From: a virus
Virus record (IMG/VR): IMGVR_UViG_3300045988_140928
Coordinates: 32,001 to 96,000 of that record
DNA length: 64,000 nt
Strand: one strand, 5' to 3'
Shown here: one piece after another, positions 1-9,313 of the stretch
How the letters are laid out: each line of letters starts with the position of its first letter
How positions within the stretch are numbered: the first letter of the stretch is position 1
The notes under the pieces: model-generated
The model's database searches: none
Told to the model about the DNA's origin: nothing
The model's input: the letters and a program-made list of their open reading frames with translations, nothing else
Made by a program: the position numbers and the translations under genes

Positions 1-829
1 TATTAGCAGAAGTATGTTGTTTAAAACCAATTCCAGTCTTTTCATCATCGGGGAGCAATTGATAACCATTAAGATTGGATTGTAAATCAGAAAAAGTAGA
101 TAACTGAATATTACTCATAATCTTAGCCATACCCTGACCTACAACCGTATAGGTTTCTTGTGCTCCATTATAATTAGCGTTACGAGTTAGATTAGAAATC
201 AACCCCGTATAAATACATTTATCAAATTGACGATACTGAGGATCGGGCAAGATATAGTCTACTCTAATTAAGTCATTAACAGCAAACAGTGAAGACCAAT
301 CATGACTATTACCTAAAATCATAGTCAAGGTTGGAATATCATTTTGCATATCATTTTGCACTTGAACTGAAATTAGATCAGCAATTAATTTATCTTGTGT
401 ATCATCTGGAATTTGATGAGAAACAGAACGAGGTACTAAAGGATAGGTACCGGAGATAGTTGCTACTGTTACTTGTAAATAACCAGACGTTGAAATTGAA
501 CCATACTTAGCAATATCCCCCGGACGGTGATCTATATGAGTAGGATAGCGAGGAGTAGGATCTCTTTTTAAATTCAAAGACTCCTGCATTATCTGTTTAT
601 AATTTTCATCAGCCTTTGAAATATCGCTATCATCTCCACCTTTGGAAGATCCAGACTTATGACCTTTATTCTTATAAGCGTCTGATACTCCACCATAAGC
701 GCCTACGTCAATATGTGATTTAATCTGTTTATGATCTAATGCTTGACCAGCAGATTTAGAATCAACATGAAAAGGTTTCTTCTTCTTACTTGCTACTTGT
801 CGATAAGCACCAATATCTATTTTTGGCAA
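1..829 (-). CDS. tail/baseplate-region protein, N-terminal part only (ORF runs off the window start)
   Basis: My minus-strand translation from TTG 829-827 (GAGGTG 6 nt upstream) reads LPKIDIGAYRQVASKKKKPFHVDSKSAGQALDHKQ... with no stop down to base 1. It lies directly downstream of the tape-measure-like genes. It is absent from the ORF track because it is truncated. Confidence 0.45.
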   Translation of the reverse strand, partial: MPKIDIGAYRQVASKKKKPFHVDSKSAGQALDHKQIKSHIDVGAYGGVSDAYKNKGHKSGSSKGGDDSDISKADENYKQIMQESLNLKRDPTPRYPTHIDHRPGDIAKYGSISTSGYLQVTVATISGTYPLVPRSVSHQIPDDTQDKLIADLISVQVQNDMQNDIPTLTMILGNSHDWSSLFAVNDLIRVDYILPDPQYRQFDKCIYTGLISNLTRNANYNGAQETYTVVGQGMAKIMSNIQLSTFSDLQSNLNGYQLLPDDEKTGIGFKQHTSAN

Positions 830-943
830 TATTTTCACCTCTTTATTTAGTTTTAATATAAAGCAAAATCCCCTATGCACGTCTGAAACATAGAGGATTT
901 TTGGGTGTGTATTAATAAATGTTCAGTTGAATTATAACTTCAT

Positions 944-3900
944 TTAAACTAGAAGTCCAGAAGTTTCATTAGCAAAGAATGTTTGTTGATTACTCATTGC
1001 CTGTTGACTATCATACTGACTTAACATTTCTCTTACCTTATTAGCTACTGTTTGAGCTAATGTATCTGGGTCATCAGTTCCACCATTGATAGTAAGATTA
1101 ATATTATAACTTGGATTAATAGTAGTTGATTTACCATTAGACTCAGAAACTCCCGGATTAACTACCTTTTTACCAAAAATACCAGCTAAGTCGTCTAAAG
1201 TAGAAAGTCCACTAAAGTAGTGACCTGCATTCAATGGAACATAAGCTTCTGTTCCAGCTTCACCATAAACGTCACTACCATTATTAGTAGATGGATGGTC
1301 TGTGATTAAAGGACTACCAGAGGCATATTGACGAATACCACCTGTAGCATACTGCTTAGCAAATCTATCCATTCCCCCAGCATACTCAGCAGGTGAAGTG
1401 GTAAAGTACCCTTTGCTATGTAATTGATTAGCCCAGTCATTAACAGACTTAATACTACTGTTAATACCCATCTTTTGTAGAGTAGAAGCATAAGCATTAG
1501 CAAAGTCGTCTAAACTATCAAAGTCCGCATAATTACCACTACCGTCTGGTTGATGTGAGCCAGCCTTTGCGCCTTTTTGACCAGCATAAACAATTCCACC
1601 ATAATTGTTTTTACCAGCCATGTGAGTACCACCGCCGGTTTCATGCATCAACTGTGCATAAACGAGTTTAGGGTCTACTCCAAGCTTTTTACCAATCGCC
1701 TTAGCAACACTCCGAATAGCCTTTTCTCCCTCACCAGAAGTTCCAGATATATCAGAGTCGTCCCCATCTTTCTTGGAACTAGAATCGCCACCATTTTTAA
1801 TAGATTTAGCAGATTGAACTACTCGCATAGCATGATCAAGCATTTTATCGTAACCACGTAAAATACGCCATGCTTCTGATTTTTCACTGTTCTTCTTAGA
1901 GGAAGCCTTAGCTTTACCTCCGAAAAAGTCGTCCATTAAACCTAGTCCAGCAACACCAAGAGCAACCCCCGGTAAGAAACGCTTACCATTCTTAACAATC
2001 CCTCTTAAAATTCCACCAGACTTATTATACTTACTTGCAGTTTTACGAGCACCTCTAAGTGATTGCCCTTTAGCTTTATTAATAGCCTTATCCTTAGATT
2101 TACCTACCTTACCCCCAAGGAAACCACCAAACTTATCACCTAGCCAACCACCGGCCACACTACCAGCTACAGCACCAACAGCAGTACCAGCACCGGGGAA
2201 AATTGAACCAATTAATCCGCCGACAACACCCCCAGCAACACTACCAGCAGATGACCCTAAACTAGACCCAACAGCTTTTCTACGGGCTTTAGTACCTTTC
2301 TTAGTAGTTGCAACAGAGGTGGCTAAGTCTAAACCACCAAAAACTAAATCACCAACACCCGGTAATCCAGCCTTAGCACCACGAACTAAACCTCTTAATT
2401 TACTAGACTTTAAAATACCAGAAGCAGTAGCCCTAATACCTGAACGGGAAACTGACTTAGCACCTGTTTTAACAGCCTGCTCTCCAGCCTTTGCAGTTAC
2501 TTTCTCAGCTTCTTTTTCTACAGGTGACTTTCCTCTCTTAAAGATACTATCTAAAATACCAGCTCCTGCACCGCCAGCACCTCCAGAGCCACCCCTACCT
2601 CTTAGTTTATCAAGAGCGTAGATACTCATAAGATTTCCTGCACCGGCACCAATAGCACCAGCAAAACCAGAGACTAATGGAGAAAAACCACCACCAGCTT
2701 TATAAGCTTTAGCAATAATACCACGTAAACCGTCTAAAGCTTGGCTAGCTTTCATAGCAGAATCAGCTAATGCAGAATTATACTTTTGAAGTTGCGAAGC
2801 ACCTGTATTATCATAATTCTGATCTGCTGTTCCACCTTTTTTACTAGCGTTAGATGATTTTTCTAATTTATCAATATGTTTCTTATCTAGCTTACCTGAG
2901 TCTGCAAGTTTAATCCACTGCTCAACAGTCTCAGCAGGTACACCCGTAGCAAGACTCAAGTTGGAAGCCGCAATCCTACGACTACCATAACTGTTTTCAG
3001 CATTTTGTAAAATACCTTTCATCTTCCAAGGCTGTTTTTGAAAATTCTGCATATCAAAAACCATATTAGCAGAACCTTCTACACCCGTATAACGACTAGG
3101 ATTCGACTGAGCAAAAAGTTGCCTCATCATTGGGTTATTATAGTTACCTAGTCCTTGAGCTAACTGCATAGTATTCTGAGCACCTTGTGTACCTTGGAAC
3201 TGTGCCCCACCACTAGCAATAGAACCTTGGAAACCTGCTAAGTTCTTTTCATCACGAGCAGTAAGACCTTGATTACTTGCGTTTTGGATCAACATAGACA
3301 ACCCTTGTTGCTGTTCAGTAGCCTTAGCACTCATACCAGAATTAATAATAGAATTAGTAATTGCATTACCAACACTACTCATTTGACTAGAATTTAAGTT
3401 AGCACTATTACCAACAGTCTGCTCTAACCCTAAAGTACTCTGTGTATTAGCCCCTGTAATACGAGATTGTCTAGCCCACGTCTGAGCAACACCAGCAACG
3501 TCTCTAACGCTTCCTACATTACCAGTAGTAGATGTATAAGCATTAGCAAACTGACCCATTTCTGCGCCATTATAACCATATCTATAGCCGTAGTCACCCA
3601 AAGTATTAAGAACTTCACCATCTCTACCACCATTAGCGTAAGCAGTAGATTTAATATCATCAAAACTAGAAAGCCTTAAACTATTACCTTGAGCATAAGC
3701 ACTACCAATAGAAGCACCTCCGGCAGAAAGAGCACCCCTTAAAATAGTATACTTACGCTTATTAAGCTGACCCATAAATGAATTAGGGTCATCGCCAATG
3801 GTCACACCTTGAGTATCATTTAAGCGATTGTTAAAAGACTCAAGATTTTTTTCAGCAGTTCTTAGTTCCTCTTCTTGTTTCTTAAACCGGTCATTAACCT

Positions 3901-4696
3901 TTTCTAGGTGTTTAACCTGTTCGTCTAAAGCTCTAGCATAGCGAACCTGTTCAGTAGTTGCACCCGGAGCAGAAGCAACGCTATTAGCTTCTTCAGCTTG
4001 GCTTTGTAAATTATGATAATAACTAGCAAAACGAGCAATATCACCAGTAGGAGAATTAAAACGATCTCGTTGATCATGCAAACGCTCTTGAATAGATTCC
4101 GAGGAAGCTTTGTATTGTTGGTAACGATTATATGAAATATAACCAGATTTTCTACCAACATCTAAATTTCCCATTTCACGTTTAAGAGAACTAGCTAAGT
4201 TATGAATATCAGAACGACTTTCTCTAGCTAAACTTTCATAGTGGAGATTTTGTTGACTAAAGTCTCCCCGCTCCCCACGAATAGTAGCACTCTCATCTCT
4301 AAATGCCCGAGAAGTGGTTGTACGAGCATTAAAGATAGAGTCGAGTTTAGTACTATTATTACCAGATCTTAACTCTCTTAAGCTATTAACAACTAAATCT
4401 AATTTAGGAGCTAAAGTATTAAGACTTTCCTCTAATTTAGGCCCGCTTTGAGTTGCTTTAGCTTGATTAAGAGCGTTATCTAAAGCAGACTTAACTTCGT
4501 CTAATCGTCCAAAACCATTTTGAACCCCAGCTAACTGCTTATTACTAATCTGACCATTATTATCCTGTACAGTACTAAATACCCGATTAATTTTTTGTTG
4601 GGTAGAACTAACTAAATCTTCAATTTCCCGAAGACTAGCCTTGGCAGGATCAACATCAGCCGTAACTTTAATATTTGTATCTTCTTGCTTGCTCAC
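944..4696 (-). CDS. tape-measure-like giant tail protein A with C-terminal glucosaminidase-type cell-wall hydrolase domain
   Basis: 1250 aa. Heptad-like N-terminus and a Gly/Ala/Lys-rich hydrophobic middle. Near the C-terminus, KLVYAQLMHETGGGTHMAGKNNYGGI resembles the FlgJ/LytD N-acetylglucosaminidase signature. It lies downstream of the chaperone pair. Confidence 0.7.
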   Translation of the reverse strand: MSKQEDTNIKVTADVDPAKASLREIEDLVSSTQQKINRVFSTVQDNNGQISNKQLAGVQNGFGRLDEVKSALDNALNQAKATQSGPKLEESLNTLAPKLDLVVNSLRELRSGNNSTKLDSIFNARTTTSRAFRDESATIRGERGDFSQQNLHYESLARESRSDIHNLASSLKREMGNLDVGRKSGYISYNRYQQYKASSESIQERLHDQRDRFNSPTGDIARFASYYHNLQSQAEEANSVASAPGATTEQVRYARALDEQVKHLEKVNDRFKKQEEELRTAEKNLESFNNRLNDTQGVTIGDDPNSFMGQLNKRKYTILRGALSAGGASIGSAYAQGNSLRLSSFDDIKSTAYANGGRDGEVLNTLGDYGYRYGYNGAEMGQFANAYTSTTGNVGSVRDVAGVAQTWARQSRITGANTQSTLGLEQTVGNSANLNSSQMSSVGNAITNSIINSGMSAKATEQQQGLSMLIQNASNQGLTARDEKNLAGFQGSIASGGAQFQGTQGAQNTMQLAQGLGNYNNPMMRQLFAQSNPSRYTGVEGSANMVFDMQNFQKQPWKMKGILQNAENSYGSRRIAASNLSLATGVPAETVEQWIKLADSGKLDKKHIDKLEKSSNASKKGGTADQNYDNTGASQLQKYNSALADSAMKASQALDGLRGIIAKAYKAGGGFSPLVSGFAGAIGAGAGNLMSIYALDKLRGRGGSGGAGGAGAGILDSIFKRGKSPVEKEAEKVTAKAGEQAVKTGAKSVSRSGIRATASGILKSSKLRGLVRGAKAGLPGVGDLVFGGLDLATSVATTKKGTKARRKAVGSSLGSSAGSVAGGVVGGLIGSIFPGAGTAVGAVAGSVAGGWLGDKFGGFLGGKVGKSKDKAINKAKGQSLRGARKTASKYNKSGGILRGIVKNGKRFLPGVALGVAGLGLMDDFFGGKAKASSKKNSEKSEAWRILRGYDKMLDHAMRVVQSAKSIKNGGDSSSKKDGDDSDISGTSGEGEKAIRSVAKAIGKKLGVDPKLVYAQLMHETGGGTHMAGKNNYGGIVYAGQKGAKAGSHQPDGSGNYADFDSLDDFANAYASTLQKMGINSSIKSVNDWANQLHSKGYFTTSPAEYAGGMDRFAKQYATGGIRQYASGSPLITDHPSTNNGSDVYGEAGTEAYVPLNAGHYFSGLSTLDDLAGIFGKKVVNPGVSESNGKSTTINPSYNINLTINGGTDDPDTLAQTVANKVREMLSQYDSQQAMSNQQTFFANETSGLLV

Positions 4697-4704
4697 TTAA
4701 TCAC

Positions 4705-7700
4705 CTACCCAACTTCATTACTATAATAGCTTGCATATTGTTCTGTTTTTTTAGATTGCAACCAAAGATTAAATTCATTATTAATTGTTTGATCTACAAT
4801 CTGCTGTAAATTAATAATTCGACTACGATTAATATTTACATTAACATTAACTTTTCCACGATTTCTCTGAACTTTAATATAGTTTTGAGACTTTCTAATA
4901 TTCTGTCTAAACAGCGTTTGTAATTCTAATGGGTGTTGTAAACTCATACTAAATTGATTACTAGTAGACCGGGCCACACGTGTACTATACGTGTCTCCAG
5001 TAGCATGGTAACGAATACCACCAGTAGCATTAGTTTTAATAGGATTACCAGTAGGACCCCATCCACCACCATAGTGAATATCTCTAGCCCAATTAGAATC
5101 ATTAAACAAAGCAAGCAATTGGTCATAACCAGATTTAATATTAGTATGACCTTTAACTGCATAATGTTCAAAAGTTGAAGGAACATATTGTAACAGACCT
5201 TGAGCCGGGTGACCATTAGCGGAGTTAATATCACTAATCTGCTGAGTAATAGTAGGATCTCCACCAGACTCAGCCTTAATCATGGAAACAATCATATTAA
5301 CCTGTTCGTCTGATACACTATGCCCCATTGCTTTGGCGGCTTTTTTAATATCATCTTTCCACTCTTCTGGAGGCTTAGCAGAATCTCCCCCTGAGTCACT
5401 ACCTACATCATCACTAGAGCTAGAACTACTACCAGACTCTTTAGCTTTACGCAAGAAAATATCCCAGTAAGTATTAAGATAGTCAATTAAACGCCACTCT
5501 GACCTATGAAGTCGCTTGTATTTATTTTGAACTTGCTTAGCTAACTTACTAACAGTCATACTAGAGGTTTTATGCTCTTTCTTACTATTAGATCTTTCTT
5601 TTTTATCTGACTTAGTGGGGTTGACTGTAGAAGCATGAGCTTTATTATCGTTCTTATAGCTATCATATAGTGCATAAGCTCCCATACCTACCCCGATTAA
5701 AGCGCCAACTTTTCCTACTCTCCTAATAGGAACTTTAGAACGTGAGATACCCCTAGAATTAATTTTAAGGCTATTTTTAGAGGCTTTACTTGCTTTAGTA
5801 CCAGATACATTAGAATTATGATTACCCGCCTTAGAGGGTTTTACAATTGAAATTACAGTATCTTTTAAATTACTACCTCTACCTTTAACAACAGATAGAG
5901 TATCTTTAAATCCCCTACTCTTAATACTACCCTTTAACTTCTGATAACCTTTCTTACCATAACCACCATAGATTAGGCCTACACCAAGATCACCAAGCAT
6001 AGATACACCCATAGCTGTTCCTGCCCCAGAAAAAAGATTACTTACCCAGAAAGTCTTATTTATCCAATTAAGCTTATGAGTAAAATGGTTCAAAGCATGA
6101 GAAGCTTTAATCTCGCTTTCTTGGATAGCCTTTTGCTGTTGCTGAATTGTTTTAGCACCAGTCTTATCATACTTATCCTTATTACCTTTACCATTCCCTT
6201 TAATAATCTTATTAACATTCTTCTTAGTAAACTTACCTTTTTGGTAAAGCTCTACTAAGTCTTTAGCTTGTTGTGGAGAAAGATTACCACCATTATCTTT
6301 TGATAACTGATAAAGGTTAGCAGAGGCAATAGTAGTGACACCTTTCTTAGTACGAGCTTGAGTCTTAGCACCTCTTACAAGATTATCAATAGCAGTTTTG
6401 TATTTATAAGGATGCTTAGAAGCGTCCTGCATATCAAAAATAGCCTGAGCATAACCCTCTCTTGTTTGGTAGGCTGGATTATTACCAGTAAACAATCTAA
6501 GAGAGGCTACGTTACTAGGCTGAAAAGCTGAGACCAAACCAGCATAAGCTTGCGCTCCCTGTTGCCCTTGTAATTCAGACTTACCTGTTTGAGCCATAAT
6601 TCCTTGAAAACCAGCAAGTTCCTTTTGATCCCTAGTAGTTAAAGTGCTACCAGAAGTGGTAAAAGCTGTTTGATACATATTAGCCAAAGCCTGCTGTTGT
6701 TCATTAGCTTTAGCCTGCATTTTAGAATTAGTAATCTCATTTTGAATTGCATTAGCTAAACTACTAAATTCCTTAGTACCTGCTAATGAAGTCATAGCAC
6801 TTACGTATTCTAAATTCTGTGTAGTAGAGTCATTAGCACCAGAATAGCGAGATAATCCAGCCCAAGACTTAGTTACATCTTTAATCTGATTTTGACTTAA
6901 ATTAGCATTTCCTGTAGCGGAGGTATAGTTATTAAGATATGTTCCCATCTCATCTAAACCATAACCCATACTATAACCTGCGTCTGCTAAAGTATTCTCT
7001 ACTTTATTTTCTCCTAAACCAGAAGCATAAGCAGTTGACTTAACATTATCAAAGTTATTTAGGATAAGATTATTTCCTGTATTGTAAGCACGGATTGTGC
7101 TACCAACAGCCCCGACAATAGCAGAGCGAGTAAAAATTCTCTTATGAGTATTAAAAAAGCCTTTTAGCGAATCCTTAGCAGGAAGAACGACTGTCTCTGT
7201 AGTCTGTTTATCATGTAACTTAGTACTAGAAAGATTAATTCTAGCACCGGTATTATTAAGTGTATTAGCTAGATCATTTAAAGTCTGGTCTACCTTCCTC
7301 ATCTTAACAATCTGTTCATCTAGTGCAGAACGTTTAGTAATATCTTCCTTACTACCATTACCAGATTGAATACGATTATTAAGAACATTTCGTTCCTTAG
7401 TCAACTGTTGTAACTGACCATCATATCTATTTTTTAATTCTTGGTATTGGTTACTATAAATATCATATTCATTAGACTGCGTTTGATTTTGATCTTGATA
7501 TTTCTGCCAGCGTTCATAGGTAACAGCCCCATTATGAACACCACGATCCCAACGCCTTTCTAGTATCTTACTTCGATTACTTAATTTTCCTACACTATCT
7601 TTTAAATCAGTTAAGTCATGTTGAAAGTCGGAATTAAGCTTATCAAAATCACTAGTTCTAAAAGCTCTTGACGAAGTAACTCTATAATTATTTACTTGAT

Positions 7701-8037
7701 TAAACTTATAAGAAGAAAAGAGTTGATTAGACTCCTCACTAGCGTCTGTCAACTCTTTTAATTCGTCTAAATACTTACTGATCTGGTCTGTAGAATTAAC
7801 AAGTCTTGCTTGGTCTAATTGTTCATTAGCCTGTTGTTTTTTATCATTAATTGCTTGTACAAGACCAGATAAATGACTTTGTAAGTTAGTTAGATCTTTG
7901 TCACTTACAGTATTGTTATTATCTTGACCTCGCTGATAGACCCGATCAATTTCTTTATTTAATCTGTTTAATTGACTAGCAAGAGATTTAAAACGACCAT
8001 CGCCAATATCAAGCTTTACTGTATATTGTGACATCAA
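4705..8037 (-). CDS. tape-measure-like giant tail protein B with C-terminal lytic transglycosylase (SLT-like) domain
   Basis: 1110 aa, colinear paralogue of 944..4696 (e.g. NFDNVKSTAYASG...TLADAGYSMGYGLDEMG). The C-terminal MIKAESGGDPTITQQISDINSANGHPAQGLLQYVPSTF is an SLT-type motif. Confidence 0.7.
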   Translation of the reverse strand: MMSQYTVKLDIGDGRFKSLASQLNRLNKEIDRVYQRGQDNNNTVSDKDLTNLQSHLSGLVQAINDKKQQANEQLDQARLVNSTDQISKYLDELKELTDASEESNQLFSSYKFNQVNNYRVTSSRAFRTSDFDKLNSDFQHDLTDLKDSVGKLSNRSKILERRWDRGVHNGAVTYERWQKYQDQNQTQSNEYDIYSNQYQELKNRYDGQLQQLTKERNVLNNRIQSGNGSKEDITKRSALDEQIVKMRKVDQTLNDLANTLNNTGARINLSSTKLHDKQTTETVVLPAKDSLKGFFNTHKRIFTRSAIVGAVGSTIRAYNTGNNLILNNFDNVKSTAYASGLGENKVENTLADAGYSMGYGLDEMGTYLNNYTSATGNANLSQNQIKDVTKSWAGLSRYSGANDSTTQNLEYVSAMTSLAGTKEFSSLANAIQNEITNSKMQAKANEQQQALANMYQTAFTTSGSTLTTRDQKELAGFQGIMAQTGKSELQGQQGAQAYAGLVSAFQPSNVASLRLFTGNNPAYQTREGYAQAIFDMQDASKHPYKYKTAIDNLVRGAKTQARTKKGVTTIASANLYQLSKDNGGNLSPQQAKDLVELYQKGKFTKKNVNKIIKGNGKGNKDKYDKTGAKTIQQQQKAIQESEIKASHALNHFTHKLNWINKTFWVSNLFSGAGTAMGVSMLGDLGVGLIYGGYGKKGYQKLKGSIKSRGFKDTLSVVKGRGSNLKDTVISIVKPSKAGNHNSNVSGTKASKASKNSLKINSRGISRSKVPIRRVGKVGALIGVGMGAYALYDSYKNDNKAHASTVNPTKSDKKERSNSKKEHKTSSMTVSKLAKQVQNKYKRLHRSEWRLIDYLNTYWDIFLRKAKESGSSSSSSDDVGSDSGGDSAKPPEEWKDDIKKAAKAMGHSVSDEQVNMIVSMIKAESGGDPTITQQISDINSANGHPAQGLLQYVPSTFEHYAVKGHTNIKSGYDQLLALFNDSNWARDIHYGGGWGPTGNPIKTNATGGIRYHATGDTYSTRVARSTSNQFSMSLQHPLELQTLFRQNIRKSQNYIKVQRNRGKVNVNVNINRSRIINLQQIVDQTINNEFNLWLQSKKTEQYASYYSNEVG

Positions 8038-8042
8038 TTCAC

Positions 8043-8525
8043 CTACTCATCATCAAATTCATAATTATTAGACTTCTCTATTAATTTTCTCCAGTTATCG
8101 TCTACTTGAGCTTCTGCATTACGTTGCTTCAATTCATGCTCTTCAATAGCTTGCTTAATCTTAAAATCAAGAACCTCATCATAGTTTTCACTAACACCTT
8201 GTCGAGCATCTTCTTTAGCCTTAAGTTTAAGCGTTTGCTTATAAATATCGTCTAAGTCGTCACCCTGTTCAAGAAGCTCAACATTTTCGTTAGAGTAGAA
8301 CTTCTTTTCAAAGCTCTTATCTTCTACACGAGATACCTCTTTTTCACCTTTAGCTTGACGTTCGGCTTCTTTTACGTCTTCATTCATAGACGCAATAATA
8401 AATTCCCGCTGAGCAAAAGTAAGAGACTTTAATAGGGGGTCATTAGGAAGCACTTTAAAGAACTTCATAATAGCCCACATATTTCGACCAGACGTAGAAC
8501 GAACTAAAGTTTCAATTCCACCCAA
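8043..8525 (-). CDS. tail assembly chaperone, frameshift-extension part (gpT-like)
   Basis: Acidic 160-aa ORF immediately upstream of the tape-measure genes. It has only a TTG start and no SD. Its frame stays open upstream to 8612 and overlaps the end of 8584..9216. Confidence 0.5.
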   Translation of the reverse strand: MGGIETLVRSTSGRNMWAIMKFFKVLPNDPLLKSLTFAQREFIIASMNEDVKEAERQAKGEKEVSRVEDKSFEKKFYSNENVELLEQGDDLDDIYKQTLKLKAKEDARQGVSENYDEVLDFKIKQAIEEHELKQRNAEAQVDDNWRKLIEKSNNYEFDDE

Positions 8526-8583
8526 GCGATTTAAGGCTGGAGAAAGATTGATATTCCAATCTGGATGTTCTTTTATATCTTTT

Positions 8584-9216
8584 CTACTGGAGCTGGTCTT
8601 GCAGAAAAAAGTCTAGCCATTCCTCGTAATCACGGAATACATCTAAAAGAATATCTACTCGATACGTCTTATCTACATCAGTAAACCAGTTAGGTACATT
8701 GTCACCAACCACACGGAAATAGCCAATAGCTAAGTATAGATCTTGTAAACCAGCCAAGAAACCAGCACCTCGCCCAGAAGTAAGATCAACAAACTCCTGT
8801 TGAATTTCAGCTTGTTCCATTACACTAGGTGCGTGCATTTTAACTACAAATTCACGCTTTTGTCCTTTAGCAGTAGAAACTGTATACTTCTTAACAAAAT
8901 GGTAGTCATCGTTATTTTGAATAACAGAGGACAAAGCCTCTTGTTCCTTTTGATAATCACTTACTTGTTGCTTACTCTCTACTTGGTCTTTTAAATCTGC
9001 CTTATCCCGTTTTAAAGCTTGAAGTCTTTCTTCAAGCTGTTTAATTCTTACATCATCAGAAACAGGCTCTTGTTTCTTTTCTTCTTTAGATTGTTTTTCT
9101 TCTACAGGTTGAGCTTCCCCACCACGTGGTGCTATCCCTGTATGTTCTCGCACTTCACGTTGTTGTGCTTGTGCTTTCTTCATTTCAGCTAAGATTTCTT
9201 CTTTTGTTTTAGCCAT
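8584..9216 (-). CDS. tail assembly chaperone (gpG-like)
   Basis: 210 aa between the sheath region and the tape-measure genes. Charged coiled-coil N-terminus, C-terminal YRVDILLDVFRDYEEWLDFF. Its 3' end overlaps the next ORF. Confidence 0.55.
   Translation of the reverse strand: MAKTKEEILAEMKKAQAQQREVREHTGIAPRGGEAQPVEEKQSKEEKKQEPVSDDVRIKQLEERLQALKRDKADLKDQVESKQQVSDYQKEQEALSSVIQNNDDYHFVKKYTVSTAKGQKREFVVKMHAPSVMEQAEIQQEFVDLTSGRGAGFLAGLQDLYLAIGYFRVVGDNVPNWFTDVDKTYRVDILLDVFRDYEEWLDFFLQDQLQ
8605..8610 (-). other. candidate +1 recoding site (UUU-UUU-C) joining the two chaperone ORFs
   Basis: GAC-TTT-TTT-CTG in the zero frame. The +1 frame TTT-TTC-TGC... is open from 8612 into ORF 8043..8525. Confidence 0.35.
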
Positions 9217-9251
9217 TTTATATCCTCGCTTTCAGTCAATATTTAATATAT

Positions 9252-9286
9252 GAAAAACCCCATACCAAGTTAATGATACAGGGTTA
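9252..9286 (-). terminator. intrinsic terminator after endonuclease gene
   Basis: Minus strand ACCCTGTATCA-TTAAC-TTGGTATGGGGT (11-bp stem with 3 GU pairs) followed by TTTTT. Confidence 0.5.
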
Positions 9287-9313
9287 TAATTTAATTAATT
9301 ATTTTATTGTAGA

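Noticed and set aside
2319-2621. Antisense or alternative-frame ORFs inside the tape-measure, scaffold and collagen-like genes. Examples: 2319..2621, 26032..26322, 26554..26961, 43867..44277, 47752..48057, 51214..51612, 51233..51841.
   Set aside because: They are low-complexity mirror images of repetitive coding sequence (Gly-X-Y or acidic repeats). They lack SD sequences and overlap much better-supported genes.
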